This document shows, in pieces, positions 1-9,765 of a stretch of 64,000 nucleotides of DNA (position 1 is its first letter; each line of letters starts with the position of its first letter). The stretch spans positions 320,001 to 384,000 of the forward strand of contig JAXHMY010000001.1 in NCBI GenBank assembly GCA_034520965.1, in the 5' to 3' direction. Source of the DNA: Spirochaetia bacterium (GTDB lineage Bacteria; Spirochaetota; Spirochaetia; DSM-16054; Sediminispirochaetaceae). The notes under the pieces were generated by a model. The model was not told the origin of the DNA, did no database searches, and worked only from the letters and a program-made list of their open reading frames with translations. A program made the position numbers and the translations under genes.

Positions 1-1485
1 CTCGGTCATGCTGAGGGTTGGATAGCGTCCTCCGTTCTGCTGCAGAGCGCCCCGGTTCAGCAGGTCGTTCAGCACCTGCTGCCAGTGTTTTTTCGGCTTC
101 CCCTTCCCTACCCCAAAGGTAGGCAGTTTGTCGTGGCCCCGCTCGCGGATCTTTTCGGTATCCCCGCCCTTTACTATATCGATAATGTGCCCGCCGCCGA
201 AGCGTTCACCCGTACGGGCCACCGCCGACAGCAGCTTCTGAGCATCCACCGATAGATCCTCGGTGCTGGCCTCGTCGGTACACACGTCACATCTGCCGCA
301 GCCCCCGGAATGGGCTTCGTCAAAATGGCCCAGCAGGAGGGTACGGCGGCACTCCGAGGCTTGGGCGTAGCGCAGCATAGTATCTAGATTGCGGCGGCCG
401 CGGGCGGCCTCCTCTTCATCCTCAATCTGATCGATAAAGTAACGCTGGGTACGAATGTCCCCTGGCGAGTAAAGAAGCAGGCAGTGGGACAACAAACCGT
501 CGCGGCCGGCCCGGCCGGTTTCCTGGTAATAGGCTTCCAGGCTTTTGGGCAGATCGCCGTGCACGACAAAACGCACGTTTGATTTATCGATTCCCATTCC
601 GAAGGCTATGGTCGCCACAATCACATCCGCCTCGTCCCGTACAAAACGCTCCTGGTGGGTAAGCCGAGTTTTATCGGGAAGTCCGGCGTGGTAGGGCAGC
701 GCATTTACTCCATGAGTACGCAGAAAATCGCTGGTAGCCTCTACGTCGGCCCGCTTACTGCGATAGATGATTCCCGCCTTCCCCGGACGATCCTGGACAA
801 AGGCCAGAATCTGGTCCAGCACGCTCTGCTTGGGGCTCACCCGGTAGAACAGCTCGGGCCGGTCGAAACTGGCACGCACCACAAAGGGGTTTTTCATCTT
901 CAGTTTGGTCTGTATATCCTGCTGAACGGTACGGGTGGCTGTAGCGGTGAAGGCAGCAATCAGGCAGCCGGGAAACTCGCTGCGAATCATTGATAAGGCC
1001 AGGTAGTCGGGACGAAAGTCATGCCCCCATTCACTGATGCAGTGCGCCTCGTCGATTACACACAACACAGGGTCGAATTCCTTTAGCCGCAGGCGAAACT
1101 GATCAGATGAAAATCGTTCGGGACTTATGTACAGCAGTTTTATCTCGCCGGCATGCAGCCGGCGGTACACCCCACGGATCTCCTTCTCGTTCATGCTGCT
1201 GTTCAGAAAGGCCGCCGCCAAACCAAGCTCCTTGGCTGCACTCACCTGGTCCTGCATTAGGGCAATCAGAGGGCTGACCACCACCGTCAAACCCTCCAAC
1301 AAAAGCCCCGTCAACTGGTAACAGAGCGACTTGCCGCCGCCGGTGGGCATGGAGACAAAGGCGTCGGAGCCGCCCAGGAGTGCCTGCACAACCTCCAACT
1401 GGTTCACCTTAAATTTGGAAAAGCCGAAGTATCTTTTTAATTCGCCGTATAATTCTTTTTCAGAAATCACGGGGTACTTTCTCAT
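1..1485 (-). CDS. recQ: ATP-dependent DNA helicase RecQ (partial, runs off left edge; start ATG 1485 or GTG 1470)
   Basis: Hand translation of the minus strand gives MPTGGGKSLCYQ (motif I), VVSPLIALMQDQV, DEAHCISEWGHDFRP, VIVATIAFGMGIDKSNVRFVVH, YYQETGRAGRDG and the Zn-binding CRR...CGRCDVC region. Absent from the ORF track because it is open at the edge. Confidence 0.95.
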   Translation of the reverse strand, partial: MRKYPVISEKELYGELKRYFGFSKFKVNQLEVVQALLGGSDAFVSMPTGGGKSLCYQLTGLLLEGLTVVVSPLIALMQDQVSAAKELGLAAAFLNSSMNEKEIRGVYRRLHAGEIKLLYISPERFSSDQFRLRLKEFDPVLCVIDEAHCISEWGHDFRPDYLALSMIRSEFPGCLIAAFTATATRTVQQDIQTKLKMKNPFVVRASFDRPELFYRVSPKQSVLDQILAFVQDRPGKAGIIYRSKRADVEATSDFLRTHGVNALPYHAGLPDKTRLTHQERFVRDEADVIVATIAFGMGIDKSNVRFVVHGDLPKSLEAYYQETGRAGRDGLLSHCLLLYSPGDIRTQRYFIDQIEDEEEAARGRRNLDTMLRYAQASECRRTLLLGHFDEAHSGGCGRCDVCTDEASTEDLSVDAQKLLSAVARTGERFGGGHIIDIVKGGDTEKIRERGHDKLPTFGVGKGKPKKHWQQVLNDLLNRGALQQNGGRYPTLSMTE

Positions 1486-1595
1486 GGAATAGGGGCTGGT
1501 TGCAATCGGCCGATGGTTGTTCCTTGAAGTCCCTGAGCTGTGTCTGGTCTGCCCAAATCAGAACTACCTAGTTGTGCAGGGCAGGGTTTGATTAC

Positions 1596-2528
1596 CTACC
1601 CACGCTGCACATGGAGCTGAAAAACATCAGGGCGCTCATAATGACCTATGGGGTCAAAGTCGAGGGCACTGCGGGTAAGAACAGTCATATCGAGTTCGGC
1701 CAGCAGCATTCCCTCCTCGTCAAACAGGGGACCCGCAAGGTATTCACCATATGGATCGACGATACAACTGCCGCCCCGGCACATGACCTCCGGTGCAGAC
1801 TCCAGTTCAGAGTAGTGTTCCAGGTTAGTCGGGTACATGCTTTTTTCTACATACTGATTGCAGCCAATCACATAGCAGCGCCCCTCGAGGGCAATATGCC
1901 TTACTGTGCTTTGCCAGACATCTCTTGAATCGGCGGTGGGTGCTATATAGAGCCTTACACCCTGCTGATACATCGCCGCTCTTGCCAGGGGCATGTAGTT
2001 CTCCCAACATATCAGGCCTCCCATCCGACCGTAGGCTGTATCGACTACTGTAAGGGTTGAGCCGTCACCTTCACCCCAAATCAGTCGTTCCGATCCGGTG
2101 GGTTTTAGTTTGCGGTGTTTTCCGAGCAGGGTTCCGTCGGGGCCGAAGTAGAGCGTGGTACAGTAGAGAGTCCGGTTGCAGCGGTCCCGTTCAGTCACTC
2201 CAATTACCAGGTAGACACCGGCCTTGCGGGCAGCCTTACCGAGAAGTTCGGTGGCTGCCCCCGGCACTTCCACGGCATTCTCGTAGAAGCGCTGCCAGTC
2301 TCTCCGCCCGGCTTCACTCCGGCTGCCAACCAAAAACCCAAAGCTCAAACCCCGGGGATACGCCGGGATAAAAGATTCGGGAAACACAATCAGCTCGGCC
2401 CCGGAGGCTTCAGCGCGTTCAATCAGTTGAACAGCCTTAGTTAGCGTTGCAGGTCCGTCAAAAAGAACCGGAGAGGCCTGAACCACTGCGGTCTTTAGGA
2501 TAGATGATGTATATGCTTCGCCTGTCAT
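1596..2528 (-). CDS. Nitrilase / carbon-nitrogen hydrolase family protein
   Basis: Catalytic E-K-C triad motifs VFPESF, HRKLKPT, LICWENYMPL; C-terminal DPIGHYERPDVF typical of branch-1 nitrilases. Confidence 0.92.
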   Translation of the reverse strand: MTGEAYTSSILKTAVVQASPVLFDGPATLTKAVQLIERAEASGAELIVFPESFIPAYPRGLSFGFLVGSRSEAGRRDWQRFYENAVEVPGAATELLGKAARKAGVYLVIGVTERDRCNRTLYCTTLYFGPDGTLLGKHRKLKPTGSERLIWGEGDGSTLTVVDTAYGRMGGLICWENYMPLARAAMYQQGVRLYIAPTADSRDVWQSTVRHIALEGRCYVIGCNQYVEKSMYPTNLEHYSELESAPEVMCRGGSCIVDPYGEYLAGPLFDEEGMLLAELDMTVLTRSALDFDPIGHYERPDVFQLHVQRG

Positions 2529-2560
2529 TAGATTCTACCTACACAAAAGTGGCATTTGCT

Positions 2561-2806
2561 TCAGCGAGAGCGCAGCACGCCCGTAACTGCTCCTACCACA
2601 GCTCCGGCGCCGCCGCTGAGCAAAATATTCTGCCGGATAGACTCTACCCCACGAAGGGTGTTTCCAATTTGAGATAAAAGCGAGTCATTCGGCATCAACA
2701 AGGCTTTCAAACTTATATATGAATTACCGACCTTTCCAAACAAAAAATAACCGACTACCAGTCCAATAATTCCCAATAACAAAGCATTAGACAAAATTTT
2801 ACCCAT
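2561..2806 (-). CDS. Small hypothetical membrane protein (two hydrophobic segments)
   Basis: ATG at 2806 preceded by AGGGAG; hydrophobic N- and C-terminal helices. Confidence 0.65.
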   Translation of the reverse strand: MGKILSNALLLGIIGLVVGYFLFGKVGNSYISLKALLMPNDSLLSQIGNTLRGVESIRQNILLSGGAGAVVGAVTGVLRSR

Positions 2807-2943
2807 AACACTCTCCCTTTTTCTCTTTATTTGATGTATAATGCAATTAATGAGATTGTACAACGCTTTTTTTATATTTTATTTGACTTTTTAGAGTTAT
2901 TAATTTATTTTAGATAGTAGTGACCTTTTTTTTGGAGTTTTAA

Positions 2944-4344
2944 TTGCAGCCGGTAATTTTAATAGTTCACTCTGACAAATCCTTCATTCACCACACCTCC
3001 GAGTATCTATACAAATACGGGTTCAAAACAGAGCCGGCTCTGTCGGTTGAAGCATGCCGGGCCGCACTACAAAAGAAACCGGCTCCACAACTTGTTCTTA
3101 TAGAGCTGGAATTACATCAAGAAAAAGCCGGAGGCGTCACCCTCACCTCCGAACTCTCCGCCAAGTATGACCTTCCAGTAGTATTTGTAACCAATCGAAA
3201 CGATTCAACTATACTCAGCGATGTCGAGGCGACAAACCATTACGGCATAATTCAACAGAATACGGCACAAAGCCAATTTTTAATTAGCACTATTGAAACC
3301 GCCCTTCGTTTATATAAATCCGAACATCGACACAAATCGAGTGAAGAAAAATACCGCTTCTTTTTTAATAGCATCCCTATTGCTGCAGTAGTATCGGATG
3401 ATCAGTACCGCATACAAGAGTGGAACTACTCTGCCGGCGAGCTGTTCGGCTATCGACGCAAGGAAGTACTGGGGAAAAACCTCATTCAAACTCTCTACTC
3501 CGATAAAAACGAGAAAGATATTTCGGAACTACAAGGATATTTACGGGACAACCTCGAGAATCGGAAGAAATCACATAATTACAATTATGACCGTACAAAA
3601 GACGGCCGCGATTTATTGTGTGAGTGGTATGATCTGCCTTACCGACATAACGGACACACTTACATTCTTTCAGTGGCGAAAGACATTACAGACGAGCAAC
3701 AATTGATGGACAAGCTGCGCGAAACCGTTATAGAAAAGGAATTTCTCCTGCGGGAAACACACCATCGGGTAAAGAACAGTCTGAATATGATCAACTCTCT
3801 GATAAACCTGAAAACTAATAATCTGGAGGCTCAAGCCGTTTTTTCAGACTTAAAGGGGAAGATTCAAGCCCTGAGTACCCTCTATGAGAAGCTCCATCAG
3901 AATACCGATGCCACCCAAATAGACCTCCAACAGTACATCCAAGAACTGTTGAGCTCACTGTTTACTACCTTTGCAGATTTTCCAATTGAACTATATGCTG
4001 AAATGAACCCCATATCGATTGATCCGGATACCGCAATTACTATCGGTTTGATTGTAAATGAGATTGCTACCAATGCAATAAAACACGGTTTTCGGCCTAA
4101 TGAACGCAACTGGTTTCAAGTGCACATAGAAAGCAAAGACCACGGTACTCTCTTTGTTCTCAAACTTGAAAACTCCGGAAATCCCCTTCCCCGCTCGGTA
4201 GACATATCTTCTACAGAAACCCTTGGTTTTCGTCTCATTCAAACCCTGGTCGAGCAGATTCAGGGGAGTCTGGAGATTACCCGGGAACCCCACCCCATTT
4301 TTGTTATTCGGTTCCCCCGCCCCTCTACTCAGGCATCAAGTTAA
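2944..4344 (+). CDS. Receiver-like + PAS + HisKA_2 histidine kinase
   Basis: H-box ETHHRVKNSL, N-box NEIATNAIKHG, G2 TLGFRLI; PAS (WNYSAGELFGY...EVLGK); N-terminal degenerate receiver. TTG start after GGAG. Confidence 0.9.
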   Translation: MQPVILIVHSDKSFIHHTSEYLYKYGFKTEPALSVEACRAALQKKPAPQLVLIELELHQEKAGGVTLTSELSAKYDLPVVFVTNRNDSTILSDVEATNHYGIIQQNTAQSQFLISTIETALRLYKSEHRHKSSEEKYRFFFNSIPIAAVVSDDQYRIQEWNYSAGELFGYRRKEVLGKNLIQTLYSDKNEKDISELQGYLRDNLENRKKSHNYNYDRTKDGRDLLCEWYDLPYRHNGHTYILSVAKDITDEQQLMDKLRETVIEKEFLLRETHHRVKNSLNMINSLINLKTNNLEAQAVFSDLKGKIQALSTLYEKLHQNTDATQIDLQQYIQELLSSLFTTFADFPIELYAEMNPISIDPDTAITIGLIVNEIATNAIKHGFRPNERNWFQVHIESKDHGTLFVLKLENSGNPLPRSVDISSTETLGFRLIQTLVEQIQGSLEITREPHPIFVIRFPRPSTQASS

Positions 4345-4351
4345 TACACTC

Positions 4352-4855
4352 CTACACAACCTCCGGTTCATGGTCCCGCTTTTCCTGAAACCACTCTTCT
4401 GCAAATCCATCTGCATCATCAACAATTGAGTCGATACTGAGGCGAACATATTTTCCGGTAGCCGAGGCGGCCGGAGTGCCGTCCTGCAGCAGGAGTTCCC
4501 CTGACCCGGAAAAGATCTTGCTGCCCAGTTTATCAATACGCCCCACCACTCTCAGTTCCTCGTTTAGAGGAACCGGTTGCCTGAAACGCACATTCAGTTC
4601 GACAGTCACCCCCCAGGCGTTAGAGTCTTCAATCATAATCGCCCTGCCGATGGTCTCATCCAGCAAAGCCGAAATAAGGCCTCCATGCATTCGCCCTGGA
4701 TACCCCTGATGCTCATCACGGCCTTTCGCAAGGGCAACTAACTCTTTCCCCTCTATCTCATAAAAACGGGTGAATAGACTGAAACCGTTTTCAAGGCCAC
4801 AGACTATGCAGCTCTTACTGTTGTTCTGCTTCGCGGTTACTTTCTGTTTCTTCAT
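4352..4855 (-). CDS. PaaI-family (hot-dog fold) thioesterase
   Basis: CIVCG...N, HQGYPGRMHGGLISALLDE motif; SD GGAGG before ATG 4855. Confidence 0.88.
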   Translation of the reverse strand: MKKQKVTAKQNNSKSCIVCGLENGFSLFTRFYEIEGKELVALAKGRDEHQGYPGRMHGGLISALLDETIGRAIMIEDSNAWGVTVELNVRFRQPVPLNEELRVVGRIDKLGSKIFSGSGELLLQDGTPAASATGKYVRLSIDSIVDDADGFAEEWFQEKRDHEPEVV

Positions 4856-5006
4856 AGCCCCTCCGTGTAGATAATACAACCTGTCTCCGTCAAAAGGGAA
4901 GAGGCTGTGCAGTTAACTTGCAGCGGCTTTGCAGTCGGCTAATCACAAAAATAACTTCTCTCCTGAGTTTTGATTTTTCTCTCTTCCCTAGTATATTTAT
5001 TACAGA

Positions 5007-5594
5007 ATGAGTATGGATAATGATTTCGATAGAGTCGACAGTTTAATCGAGACCGGAATGTATGAGGAAGCGCTGGAGCTGCTGAACAGAATCCTCGCGG
5101 ATGAGCCGGATAACCTGGAAGCTCTGTGGCGCATCGGGGTGGCCTTTACCGAGAACAACCAGGCGCTTAAGGCGAAAAAGGCCTTGGATTACTTTTTCAA
5201 GTTTGAAGATGAGCATCCCCAAGCTCTCGAGGCCTGCGGCTGTGCCAATTTTAAAATTGGTCATTACAGCGAAGCCTGTAAATACCTTGAAAAAGCAGAG
5301 AAACTCATGCCTGATAGCTCTTCAATAAAACGTAATTTAGGGGTGGTATATAATCAGCTCGGCAAGAAGGATGAGAGTTATATTAAGTTTCAAACCTCCT
5401 ACAAACTGAATCCCGAAGACTACCGCACCGGTTATGCCCTGGCCATGGCTCACATCCACTTCAAATACTATAAAGCCGCCAAGGATGTACTTGAACAAAT
5501 GTTGAGTCAGCATCTGCCCACGGATTTCCGGGAGATGGCCGACGAGAGCTACAAATGGATTAAACAAAAGCTCGGCCGTCATATTGACTCATAG
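5007..5594 (+). CDS. TPR-repeat protein
   Basis: Repeated helical units (EALELLNRILADEPDNLEALWRIG; YLEKAEKLMPD; NLGVVYNQLG). Confidence 0.8.
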   Translation: MSMDNDFDRVDSLIETGMYEEALELLNRILADEPDNLEALWRIGVAFTENNQALKAKKALDYFFKFEDEHPQALEACGCANFKIGHYSEACKYLEKAEKLMPDSSSIKRNLGVVYNQLGKKDESYIKFQTSYKLNPEDYRTGYALAMAHIHFKYYKAAKDVLEQMLSQHLPTDFREMADESYKWIKQKLGRHIDS

Positions 5595-5604
5595 CAAGTG
5601 ATTG

Positions 5605-5779
5605 CAGCAATTCTAAATTTGAAAATTTTAAAAAAATTTTCACATTTAGAATGCTCACATTTTGTTACGGCGTTTCAAAAATTTTTTGATTTTTGAAATC
5701 GCCTGAAGTAACTTAGCCTAAAGGGTTTGAGGTTATTCTAATTTTGGAAGTCAAAAGACTTCCAAAATTAGAATTCCTG
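5605..5779. mobile_element. MITE-like element family A, copy 1 (175 bp), 9-bp TSD AAGTGATTG
   Basis: Ends CAGCAATTC...GAATTCCTG; AAGTGATTG at 5596-5604 and 5780-5788; three internal hairpins; homologous to 52185-52307 (reverse) and 20805-20946. Confidence 0.88.
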
Positions 5780-5820
5780 AAGTGATTGAAAAAGCCTTTA
5801 AATACGTGTAAGTTAGGGAC

Positions 5821-7054
5821 ATGCAGTTTCCATCAGGTGAATACCGATTTCAGGTTTCCGAAATCACCGCTCATATAAAAGAGATTCTTGAACAAAGCTT
5901 TTCTACAGTTGCAATAGAAGGGGAAATATCAAACTTTCGACCCGCCGGGAGCGGCCACTGGTATTTTACCTTAAAAGACCGGGATGCAATGATTCAAGCG
6001 GTCATGTTTAAGTACCGTTCTGCGCGGGTTACCTTTACTCCTGCGGACGGCCAGAAAGTGGTGGTTCGGGGAAACATCAGCGTATACGCCAAACGGGGAA
6101 ACTATCAGATTATATGCGACAGCATGGAAAAGGCCGGCGAAGGCGACATCCTGGCTATGCTGGAAGAGCGCAAACGTAAGCTTGCCGCAGAAGGGCTTTT
6201 TGCCGAGGAAAAGAAACGGCCCCTGCCCTTTTTTCCCACCAGGATAGCGGTGGTAACCTCCCCCACCGGGGCGGCCATTCGGGATATACTGCAGGTACTC
6301 GGCCGCCGGTCCTCCGGATTGGATGTAGTGGTACTGCCGGCTCCCGTGCAGGGAGACAGCGCCGGGGCAAAAATTGCCGCCCAAATACGACGGGCCAACC
6401 GCTTTCAGCTTGGAGACGTCATAATTACCGGACGAGGCGGCGGTTCCCTGGAAGACCTCCTGCCCTTCTCCGACGAAGAGGTAGTGCGGGCGGTCGCCGA
6501 ATCGAGAAATTCCGGTAATCTCGGCTGTAGGACATGAAATCGACACAGCCCTTACCGATTATGCAGCCGATGTAAGCGCGCCGACACCTTCAGCGGCGGC
6601 TGAAATAGTCAGTAAAAGCCGGGAAGAACTTTCCGATAGGGTCCGTCGCTTAAAGGATGAGATGAGCACCCGGATTCAGAACCGGGTGGAAAACGCAGGA
6701 CTGCTGATCCGGCAGTTTACTCCGGAGAATCTGGAGGAGCGCTTCCGGCAGGTACTGCAGCCCTACCAGCTGCGCCTCGATGATGCCAAGGAAGAGGCGG
6801 TGAGAAACCTGCAGGATATGCTGACCAGCACCCGGCACCGAGTTGCTATGCTGAGATCTTCCATTGAGGGCAACTCGCCTTTAGCTATCCTGCGGAAGGG
6901 CTATGCAGTAGTCACTAACCGCCGCAGCGGCGTGCTAATAGGAAGTGTTCAGCAAAGTAACTCCGGAGATCCAATCGATATTCGTCTACACGACGGCCGA
7001 CTGGGCGCTACTGTAGAGAACAGATACCCCCGCATTGAGGAGGAGACGCCGTGA
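5821..7054 (+). CDS. xseA: Exodeoxyribonuclease VII large subunit, split by a +1 frameshift at ~6507-6509
   Basis: GEISNF...[32 protein letters not shown] in the first frame; [12 protein letters not shown]...APTPSAAAE and [10 protein letters not shown] continue in the +1 frame after GAATCGAGAAATT. Confidence 0.93.
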
Positions 7055-7299
7055 AAAAGTTTGAGGAGCGGCTCGAAAAGCTTGAAGAGCTGAATGAACA
7101 AATGAAGGCCGGAAAGGTACCCCTTGACGATGCCGTCGAGATGTTTGAAGAGGGCATTAAGCTTGCCAAAAGCCTTGAAAAAGACCTTTCGAAGATAGAA
7201 CGCAAGATAGAAATACTGGTCAATGAACCGGATTCAACAAAAGAAGAACCTAACCTGGAGCTGTTTCCCGGTACGGAAAACAGCGATACCCAGGAATAA
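7051..7299 (+). CDS. xseB: Exodeoxyribonuclease VII small subunit
   Basis: [10 protein letters not shown]...[19 protein letters not shown] overlap with xseA, SD GAGGAG. Confidence 0.93.
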   Translation: MKKFEERLEKLEELNEQMKAGKVPLDDAVEMFEEGIKLAKSLEKDLSKIERKIEILVNEPDSTKEEPNLELFPGTENSDTQE

Positions 7300-7304
7300 A
7301 ACTT

Positions 7305-7338
7305 GGCATTTCAAAATTCTACGATTTTTGAAAGTGCC
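7305..7338. repeat. Solo ~34-bp hairpin GGCATTTCAAAA...TTTTGAAAGTGCC, homologous to the hairpin nested in MITE copy 1 (5669-5703)
   Basis: GGCATTTCAAAATTCTACGATTTTTGAAAGTGCCTGA versus GGCGTTTCAAAAATTTTTTGATTTTTGAAATCGCCTGA. Confidence 0.7.
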
Positions 7339-7359
7339 TGATATAAAAGAGAAATTTGA

Positions 7360-8982
7360 ATGAACTTACACACAGAAAAATTACAGACAGAAATAGAGAA
7401 AAGAAAAACCTTTGCTATCATTAGCCACCCTGATGCGGGTAAAACCACCCTCACCGAAAAGCTGCTGTTATTCGGTGGCGGGATACGCACCGCCGGAGCA
7501 GTAAAAAACAATAAAATTAAACGCAGCGCTACCTCCGACTTTATGCAAATTGAGAAGCAGCGCGGTATTTCCGTAGCCACCTCGGTGATGACCTTTGAAT
7601 ACAAGGACAAACTAATCAATATCCTGGATACCCCGGGGCATAAGGACTTTGCCGAGGACACCTACCGCACCCTGACCGCGGTGGACAGCGTAATCCTGGT
7701 AGTCGACTGTGCCAAGGGCGTCGAGGAACAGACGGAAAAACTGATGAATGTCTGCCGGATGCGCAATACCCCGGTAATCATTTTTGTCAACAAGCTCGAC
7801 CGCGAGGGAAAGCCGCCCATGGAGCTGATGGATGAACTGGAGGAGAAACTCGACATTCGAGTACGCCCCCTTACTTGGCCGATTGATATGGGAATAAACT
7901 TCAAAGGCGTCTATAACCTGCACGAAAAAAACGTGTACCTGTTCCAATCTGGAAAAACCCAGGTTGAGGAGGACCGTCTGCTAGTCGACGATCTGCAGTC
8001 GGAAGTGCTGGATGAGAAGCTCGGCAGCAGTGCCACCCAGCTGAGGGAGGATGTCGAATTGATCGAAGGAGTCTACGACCAATTCTCGCAGGAAGAGTAC
8101 AGCCAAGGGGCACTGGCCCCGGTGTTTTTCGGCAGCGCCCTCAACAACTTCGGCGTACGCGAGCTGCTGGAGACCTTTCTGGAGATTGCCCCCTCCCCGG
8201 TCAAACGAGAGACGGATACCCGCTTTATTGAGCCCCAGGAGGAGAAATTCAGCGGCTTTATTTTTAAAATTCATGCCAACCTCGACCCGCGCCATCGCGA
8301 CCGAATCGCCTTTTTAAGGGTCTGTTCGGGAACCTTTATGAAAGACCGCCCCTTCCGTCATGTTCGCCTTGGAAAAAACCTGCGTTTTACCTCGCCCTAT
8401 AACTTTATGGCCCAACGTAAAAGTGTGGTAGATGAGGCTTTCCCGGGGGATGTAGTAGGCCTCTATGACCGGGGAGATCTGAAAATCGGAGACACCCTCA
8501 CTGAAGGTGAGGAGTTCACCTTCCGAGGGGTTCCCCACTTCTCTCCCGAGATCTTTAAAGAGCTTATTAATACCGACCCCATGCGCTCAAAACAGCTGGA
8601 CAAGGGAATTGCTCAGCTCAGCGAAGAGGGGATTGCCCAACTCTTTATTCAGGACAAGGGACGTCGTAAGATTGTTGGTACGGTGGGTGACCTGCAATTC
8701 GACGTGATTATCTACCGGCTCGAGTACGAATACGGAGCATCCTGCCGCTTTGAGCCGCTGAGCTTTGCCCAGGCCTGCTGGATTACCTCGGAGGACCCGA
8801 AAAAGCTCAAGGAGTTTCTCCGTTTTAAGGAATCGAAAATCGCCTATGACCTTGAACAGAAGCCGGTATACTTCGCCGAAACCCAATGGATGCTGCGCAC
8901 CGTAATCGAAGATAATCCGGACATCGAGTTTCACTTTACCAGCGAATTTAAAACCGAGCGGGAAACACTTCCGGCCCGATAA
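7360..8982 (+). CDS. prfC: Peptide chain release factor 3
   Basis: [57 protein letters not shown]. Confidence 0.97.
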   Translation: MNLHTEKLQTEIEKRKTFAIISHPDAGKTTLTEKLLLFGGGIRTAGAVKNNKIKRSATSDFMQIEKQRGISVATSVMTFEYKDKLINILDTPGHKDFAEDTYRTLTAVDSVILVVDCAKGVEEQTEKLMNVCRMRNTPVIIFVNKLDREGKPPMELMDELEEKLDIRVRPLTWPIDMGINFKGVYNLHEKNVYLFQSGKTQVEEDRLLVDDLQSEVLDEKLGSSATQLREDVELIEGVYDQFSQEEYSQGALAPVFFGSALNNFGVRELLETFLEIAPSPVKRETDTRFIEPQEEKFSGFIFKIHANLDPRHRDRIAFLRVCSGTFMKDRPFRHVRLGKNLRFTSPYNFMAQRKSVVDEAFPGDVVGLYDRGDLKIGDTLTEGEEFTFRGVPHFSPEIFKELINTDPMRSKQLDKGIAQLSEEGIAQLFIQDKGRRKIVGTVGDLQFDVIIYRLEYEYGASCRFEPLSFAQACWITSEDPKKLKEFLRFKESKIAYDLEQKPVYFAETQWMLRTVIEDNPDIEFHFTSEFKTERETLPAR

Positions 8983-8994
8983 ACTCTTCCGGCA

Positions 8995-9300
8995 CTACTT
9001 AGGATGGTGGAGGTAGCGCTCTTCAAAACGGCGGGCCTCGTACTCCATTTTTAACAATTTATGATCATACTCATTCAGTTCCTCCCCCGCTCGGGCTTTG
9101 GCCTGAATTTCTTCCAGGCTCGGCAGTTCCTCCTGAATATAGCGGCGGATAGCCTCGCGGGCGCGCAGGATAAGCTTAGGCTGGGGCGATTCATTTATGT
9201 AGTTGAGCAGAACCTGCTTACTGGTATTACGCAGCTCCATACGGGTGATGTGTTCTACAAGATCAAAATAGGCGTGTAAGAAAGGTCGTTCATCCGGAAT
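8995..9300 (-). CDS. Hypothetical helical protein; first ATG at 9240, possible ATT start at 9300
   Basis: 81-aa ORF whose frame stays open upstream to a TAG at 9316-9318; AAGGAG lies 6 nt before ATT(9300). Confidence 0.55.
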   Translation of the reverse strand: MPDERPFLHAYFDLVEHITRMELRNTSKQVLLNYINESPQPKLILRAREAIRRYIQEELPSLEEIQAKARAGEELNEYDHKLLKMEYEARRFEERYLHHPK

Positions 9301-9336
9301 AAGACGCTCCTTTTCCTAGAGTGTACCGGAAAACCG

Positions 9337-9765
9337 CTATTCAATAAAGCGGTCCAGCCCTTCGATTGTATCACCGACTTTGGCCCCCGAGCGCTGGAAT
9401 GCGCCCCGCGGCAGCTCAAGGGCAAAGCGGACAGCGTAGTCCGATTTTACCGTGCGCAGCGATTCGGGCTCCATATGATGAATGCTCTTTATGACACCCC
9501 TCTTTGAAATATATGCGATAGAGAGAGGAATATAGGTATTTTTCATCCAAAAACTCAGGTGTTGGTCCCGTTCAAAGACAAACAGCATTCCCTCATTCTC
9601 TCCGAGGGACTCCCGGTGCATCAGCCCGCGTTGACGATCTTCTTCACTGCGGGCAACTTCTACGGTATACGTATCCACTCCCACCTGTAACTTATTCGAC
9701 GGGAGGCCTTCTTCGGCACTGCAGCCAAGTGTCATTAAGAGCATCATTATAAAAAATATACGCAT
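9337..9765 (-). CDS. DUF192 domain protein (possible lipoprotein)
   Basis: VEVA...RQRGLMHRESL...GMLFVF...FWMKNTYIPLSIAYI, FALELP; LGC-type lipobox. Confidence 0.9.
   Translation of the reverse strand: MRIFFIMMLLMTLGCSAEEGLPSNKLQVGVDTYTVEVARSEEDRQRGLMHRESLGENEGMLFVFERDQHLSFWMKNTYIPLSIAYISKRGVIKSIHHMEPESLRTVKSDYAVRFALELPRGAFQRSGAKVGDTIEGLDRFIE

Noticed and set aside
5605..5779. Palindromic AT-rich repeats as a CRISPR array
   Set aside because: No regularly spaced direct repeats with unique spacers and no cas genes; copies are dispersed and have TSDs.
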